Source of the DNA: Amoebidium appalachense
Taxonomy: Eukaryota; Protista; Ichthyosporea
Assembly: GCA_963693365.1 (NCBI GenBank)
Contig: CAVNZM010000013.1
Span: 5,074,640 to 5,138,639, forward strand
Direction of reading: 5' to 3'
DNA length: 64,000 bases
In this document: positions 59,169 to 64,000 of the stretch, one piece after another
Position numbering within the stretch: the first letter of the stretch is position 1
How the letters are laid out: every line of letters begins with the position of its first letter
Notes under the pieces: model-generated
Seen by the model: only the letters and a program-made list of their open reading frames with translations
What the model was told of the DNA's origin: nothing
Database searches by the model: none
Program-made: the position numbers and the translations under genes

Positions 59169-59941
59169 TGTATTGGGTTGGTGAGTGGGTGTTGGGGGGA
59201 TGGGGACATGGTTATTGACTCTTTCTCTGACTGAGGTGGGTAGTCCGAAGCTAGAGGGGTTGCTGGGAAGACATGGTGAAATTCTCTGAGGTGGAGGGGG
59301 AGGGGATATGGGTGGAGAGGGGGAAACAGAGAGTTGAAGAACGAGTGATAGAGAAATATAGTTAAAGCAGTGCATGAAAGCCCACATACACATACCGGTA
59401 GTTTTTTTTTTCCTAAAGCCGGAAGAAAGGGGGGGGGGGGGGGGGTAGGAGAGGGGAGGAGATCAACGCAAAGGGGTTTAGAGACATGGGGTTTCTGCGA
59501 GGCATCTGCATACCCCCTTTTGCCTGGGATACTCGTCACACATGCACACACACACACACACGCACACACACGCACACACACACACACAGCAATAAGCATC
59601 TATCTCACCCCCTCCCCCTCCCCCCCCCCCTCCCCCCGCCCCTTTCTCAGGACCTTCCCGCGCCCATCCGCTTCGGCTCAGGGGCAGCAGCCGGTGTGGT
59701 TGCTCAAACAGTCGTATATCCCTTCGATGTGATTCGTCGCCGTACGCAGACACACACGGGGGCAAAACCTCTGTACAATTCGGTTTTGGACGCCTTCCGG
59801 ACGATTATCCGCGAGGAAGGGATTAGGAAGGGGCTTTACAGGGGCCTGACGCTTAATTTCCTAAAAACCATGCCAAATGTTGCGATTTACATGTCGGTGT
59901 ACGATTACTTGAAGATCCAGCTTACCCGCGCCAATATCTGA
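56242..59941 (+). CDS. Mitochondrial carrier (SLC25), probably CoA-transporter clade (SLC25A42/SLC25A16/LEU5-like), about 297 aa
   Basis: Exons 56242-56370, 56907-57046, 57595-57820, 58701-58808, 59651-59941. Three Px[DE]xx[KR]x[KR]-type signatures ([27 protein letters not shown]), plus [22 protein letters not shown] and [11 protein letters not shown]. Confidence 0.92.
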
Positions 59942-60259
59942 TTGGGTGCTGGTCACGTGTGAAGAGATTTGATTGGTGCGTGCTGCCTATGGGGGCGGAG
60001 GATGACGGGATCGTCGTCACTATGAGAGTATCTGGAGATAGGGTCTTTGGAATTTCTGAAAATTTGAGATTGTCTTTGGCTGTGTTAATACCCTTTATGA
60101 TATGGATAGTGTGGAATATCTGTTGCCATGTTAGATATCCAGCCATCCAGCACTAGTATAAAAGTAAGGAAATGAGATAATGATGAGATAGTTGAATGAA
60201 CGGGTCTGTGACCTGACTTTATCTTGTGTGACGTGGCTTGCTACCTCTACTACATTCTG

Positions 60260-60310
<51 letters not shown>

Positions 60311-60717
60311 TTCGTTTTTTTTGGATTTTTGATTTTTGATTTTTTTTTTTTTTTTTTTTTTGTGTGTTGGAGATGGGGAACTTATTTTTGATTTTTTTGT
60401 GTGTTTGTGGGGGGGGGGGGGGGGGGGGGACTTTTCGTTATTTTCCCCGGAGGGGAGGGGGAAGGAGTCTAATGCCCAGGGGTTTCTCCCTGTTGCAGCA
60501 AACTAACTTCACTGAGACATAGTTCTTAGTCTACTGAAGCGATAAACCTCAGTTTGTGCGCACATCATGGCCACAGCCGACTTTCATTGGATGTTTGGAA
60601 GTAAGACTCGCTGCTGATGTGGTGTGTGATGTCCGCAATTGTTGACTACATATTCCACAGTAGCCACGTGAATACAAAAATTCTTATCTGTCCCCCCCCC
60701 CCCCCCCACCACCACCA

Positions 60718-60750
<33 letters not shown>

Positions 60751-62011
60751 GTGACACACACAAATAAATGAAATGAATAAAAATACCTAACACAGTTACG
60801 AAACCAAAATGAAACGGGGTGAAAAGGAAGACTTTCAAAATCATGATTAACCCCCCCCCCCCTCCCCCCACCCGCTGCGTCCCAACCTCCGTCCCTCCTT
60901 CCTCATCCACAGAGCACACAGGTACACACACACGCGTGCGCGACACACACACACACACACACGCACACACACACACACGCACAGCGCGTGCGCGCACGTC
61001 TACTTATCTACTTGTCTATAGCTACGTGTCTCCTTTTAAGGGGCTCTTTATAATTGTTTGTCTACTTCGGAATCCGTGCATGTTCAACCCATGGCATGTC
61101 ACCGTGGAAGTAATTGGTCTCTTCTTTTGTAAGGATTGATTATATTATGTTCTACATGTTTGTGTGCTTTTGCTACTTTTCGGTGCGTGCTGCGTTCATT
61201 CCACGATTGGTCATACTCCTCCTCCGGCCCCCTTCCCCCCCCCCTCACCCCCCCCCCCCCCCCCCCCTACCCCCCCCCCCCTCTCCCCCCCCCCCCCCCC
61301 TCCCACACACACACACACACACACAACCACCACCACCACCCACTCATGAGCTCACCCACCCTCTCCCATCACCATCTTATCTGATCCTCGGCTTGGCACT
61401 ACGGCATATACAAAGACACATGATAACCGATTGAATTTTTAAAGTTGATGCATTGCACATGCGTATGCGAGACCTTTGTTTGTTCTTTAAAGATCCGGAC
61501 ATTCACGGATTAGAACATATTTAGAATCTGTGCAAAATGTACATGCACACTGCAAATCTAACTTACCTAATTAAAGAGTATGTAGACAACTAAAACTTTA
61601 TGGTTATGTGTCTCGGTTTGATGACCCCGTCAACGTAACCGCCAAAACCCTCGCCAAGTATATCCGCACACAAGACACACTGCGGCCTAAAACACACAAG
61701 ACGTAGTGATATCCCAGGCTCTAGCAGTGGAATTTTGTTACCAGCGCTCTTTCATAGCTTTCATAGTATCTCCTACTCTGTCTCCGGGGCTCTCCCTTCC
61801 CCCCTCCCCCCCCCCCCAACCCCCCCCCCCATCCCCCCCCCCCCCCCCCCCCCCCTAGCTACCCCGCCATCCCACCCCTTCTCTTTCTGTTTCTACTCTC
61901 TCTACGGTGCTATTTTCTCTCTCTGTCTCTCTTCTTCCCCCCCCCCCCCCCCCCCCCCCCTCTCTCCTTCTCTCTCTCTCTCTCGCTCTTTCTCTTCTCA
62001 ATCCGTGTGCT

Positions 62012-62067
<56 letters not shown>

Positions 62068-62416
62068 ATGATATATGATGTTTTATGATCATTCGATATG
62101 CCTCCCCATTCCCCCCCCCCCCCCCCCCCTTATCCCCAGCCCCCACTATCCCTCCCCCCCCCCCCCCCCCTTCCCCCCCCCCGCCTCCCCGCGGAAATCC
62201 TGCCAATTGATTGCAACATAATGACTCAGTGCACCAGAATCACCACACCTCCACTCAACCGAGTCACGTATGTGTATGACCCAGTGTCGTGTGCACACAC
62301 AGGCCCCACACTTTTCAATCGCACTTGTCACCATCACATCCCAGCACTCCTCCCCCAACCACCACGCAACACAACACCCCCTCCCCTCCCCTCCCCTCTC
62401 CCCTCCCCCCCCTCCC

Positions 62417-62469
<53 letters not shown>

Positions 62470-63589
62470 AAAAAAAAAAAAAGGAGGAGGAGAAGAAACA
62501 AAAATAACCTGAAATGCAACGAGCAGCAGCAACCACTTTCTAGGGACTACTCTTTTTAGTTAAACGCAAAACCAGATTCCTCCCACACACACATTGACTG
62601 CTGGCCAGACACTGAAAACGGCAGACGGCTGCAGGTTCCCTCTCCCCTCCCCTCCCCCCCCCCCCCCCTCCAACCCCCCCCCCCCCCCCCCCGGAAACAT
62701 CTGTTGCAGGCACAGACACACAAACACATGCACACACACGGGTCACACACCCCTTTGCCTGCAGCGTAGGCTCACTTTACCGTGGCTTTGAATATCGGGA
62801 TTTATTTCTAGAGGTTATTTTGTCGCCAAAAATCACACATATGTACAGATTACGGATGATATGTACAGAGGCCGTGTGTATTGCGAGCCTTTAACTAAGG
62901 AAAGTGGTTGATTGAGAAAAGGCCTTGAATACTGATACATGAACGCCCTTCAGCCGATGCATAATCATAAAATTTCAACCTGATCTCAAAGTCTGCAAAG
63001 TTTAACTGAAACAAAACCAATTTTTTTGAACGGTTAGCTACACTACTAGTGCTGCCAAATTCTGCTACTTTTCATACTTGATAATCTGCCCGCGTGAAAG
63101 TATGACGGATAAAACTCGAACGTGAGCTACGTTGCAGCACTCTTTTAGATCCTTTGGAAAGGATGTCAAAACGAACTGGAAGTTGCAGCAGCGCTGAATT
63201 CACATGCCACCTTTCTACTTTCGACCGGCCCCTTACTAAACCACTACTACACACAATAACATTTGTAAAATCGATTGAGTAGCCAAATGAAACCATAACC
63301 GACGATAAATGTACTAGATCCCCAGCCTGGAGGTGGCATATGCTCCCTGTTTAACAGTAATATGTCGCTGATGCAACCACACTCTCCAGTTGAAACACTT
63401 ACTGTTGCAGAAACCTGCCATAACAAGAATCGGGTACAGTGTCACCGGGTAACTGGCCCAAGAGTGGGCCCCCAATATCAGTTAAAGGCACATCCACTAC
63501 TTGCACAGTTGACTCTTGAATGCCTCTTTCCGCGTACTTCTTGCTCTCATCAGGTCGACGTCGCAAAATTCGTAGACGCAAAACAATCG

Positions 63590-63961
63590 TCAAAAATGAG
63601 TAGCGTGGTAGTGTCTATCGACCGTTGCCGCCACAACCTGTGCCTGGAACTTCACCGCGTGTCTCTTCACCATGTCGACAAGTTGTTCGTCTGGCTCTTC
63701 ACCCACGCTCTTGTGTGCGCGCAGTTCTGGATTGTAAATGGCCGGGACCGCCCCAGGAACACCAAAAAGACCCTCCTCTGCAAGCATGAGCATTTCTTCT
63801 TCGGTTAGTGGTCGCGCCGTGACTTGAAGTGTGGGAAGGTGACGTGTGGCGGCGGATGCTACGCGGCTTGTGAGATCCGAAACGTCCGAGAAATAAGCGT
63901 TTGTTTTCAAGAAGCCAACCATGTCGCTGGTGGTGCGCATGTGGGTCATGGTGGATGCCAT
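63590..63961 (-). CDS. Uncharacterised ORF, possibly the 5' part of a degraded gene
   Basis: 123-aa complex-sequence ORF. Protein-like reading continues in shifted frames to about 63072. No recognisable motif. Confidence 0.3.
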   Translation of the reverse strand: MASTMTHMRTTSDMVGFLKTNAYFSDVSDLTSRVASAATRHLPTLQVTARPLTEEEMLMLAEEGLFGVPGAVPAIYNPELRAHKSVGEEPDEQLVDMVKRHAVKFQAQVVAATVDRHYHATHF

Positions 63962-64000
63962 TTCAAATGTTTTGTGGTAGTTCTGTTACAAAACAGGATG

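Noticed and set aside
63560-63615. LLIFDDC resembling a packaging-ATPase Walker B motif
   Set aside because: Lies in a frame closed by nearby stops, with no Walker A motif upstream.

Overview
Intron-rich eukaryotic DNA whose introns and intergenic spacers are saturated with (GT)n/(CA)n, (GA)n and poly-G/poly-C tracts, so most entries in the ORF track are low-complexity artefacts. Joining GT-AG exons by hand, with reading phase checked at every junction, gives the following in order: the 3' part of a poly(ADP-ribose) glycohydrolase (PARG); a large secreted Ser/Thr/Pro-rich protein; a GC-rich, bacterial-type Ntn-hydrolase of the choloylglycine hydrolase/penicillin V acylase family; an inverted pseudogenised copy of that hydrolase carrying a 147-bp TA-flanked MITE that could splice out in frame; a head-to-head pair of a triple-DOMON cytochrome b561 and an FRE/NOX-type ferric reductase; a 7TM-RGS protein; a near-intact non-LTR retrotransposon; a TMEM106 homologue; and a CoA-type mitochondrial carrier. 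TMEM106 together with 7TM-RGS suggests a unicellular holozoan such as an ichthyosporean, but this is inference only. All family calls come from motif recognition, not database searches.
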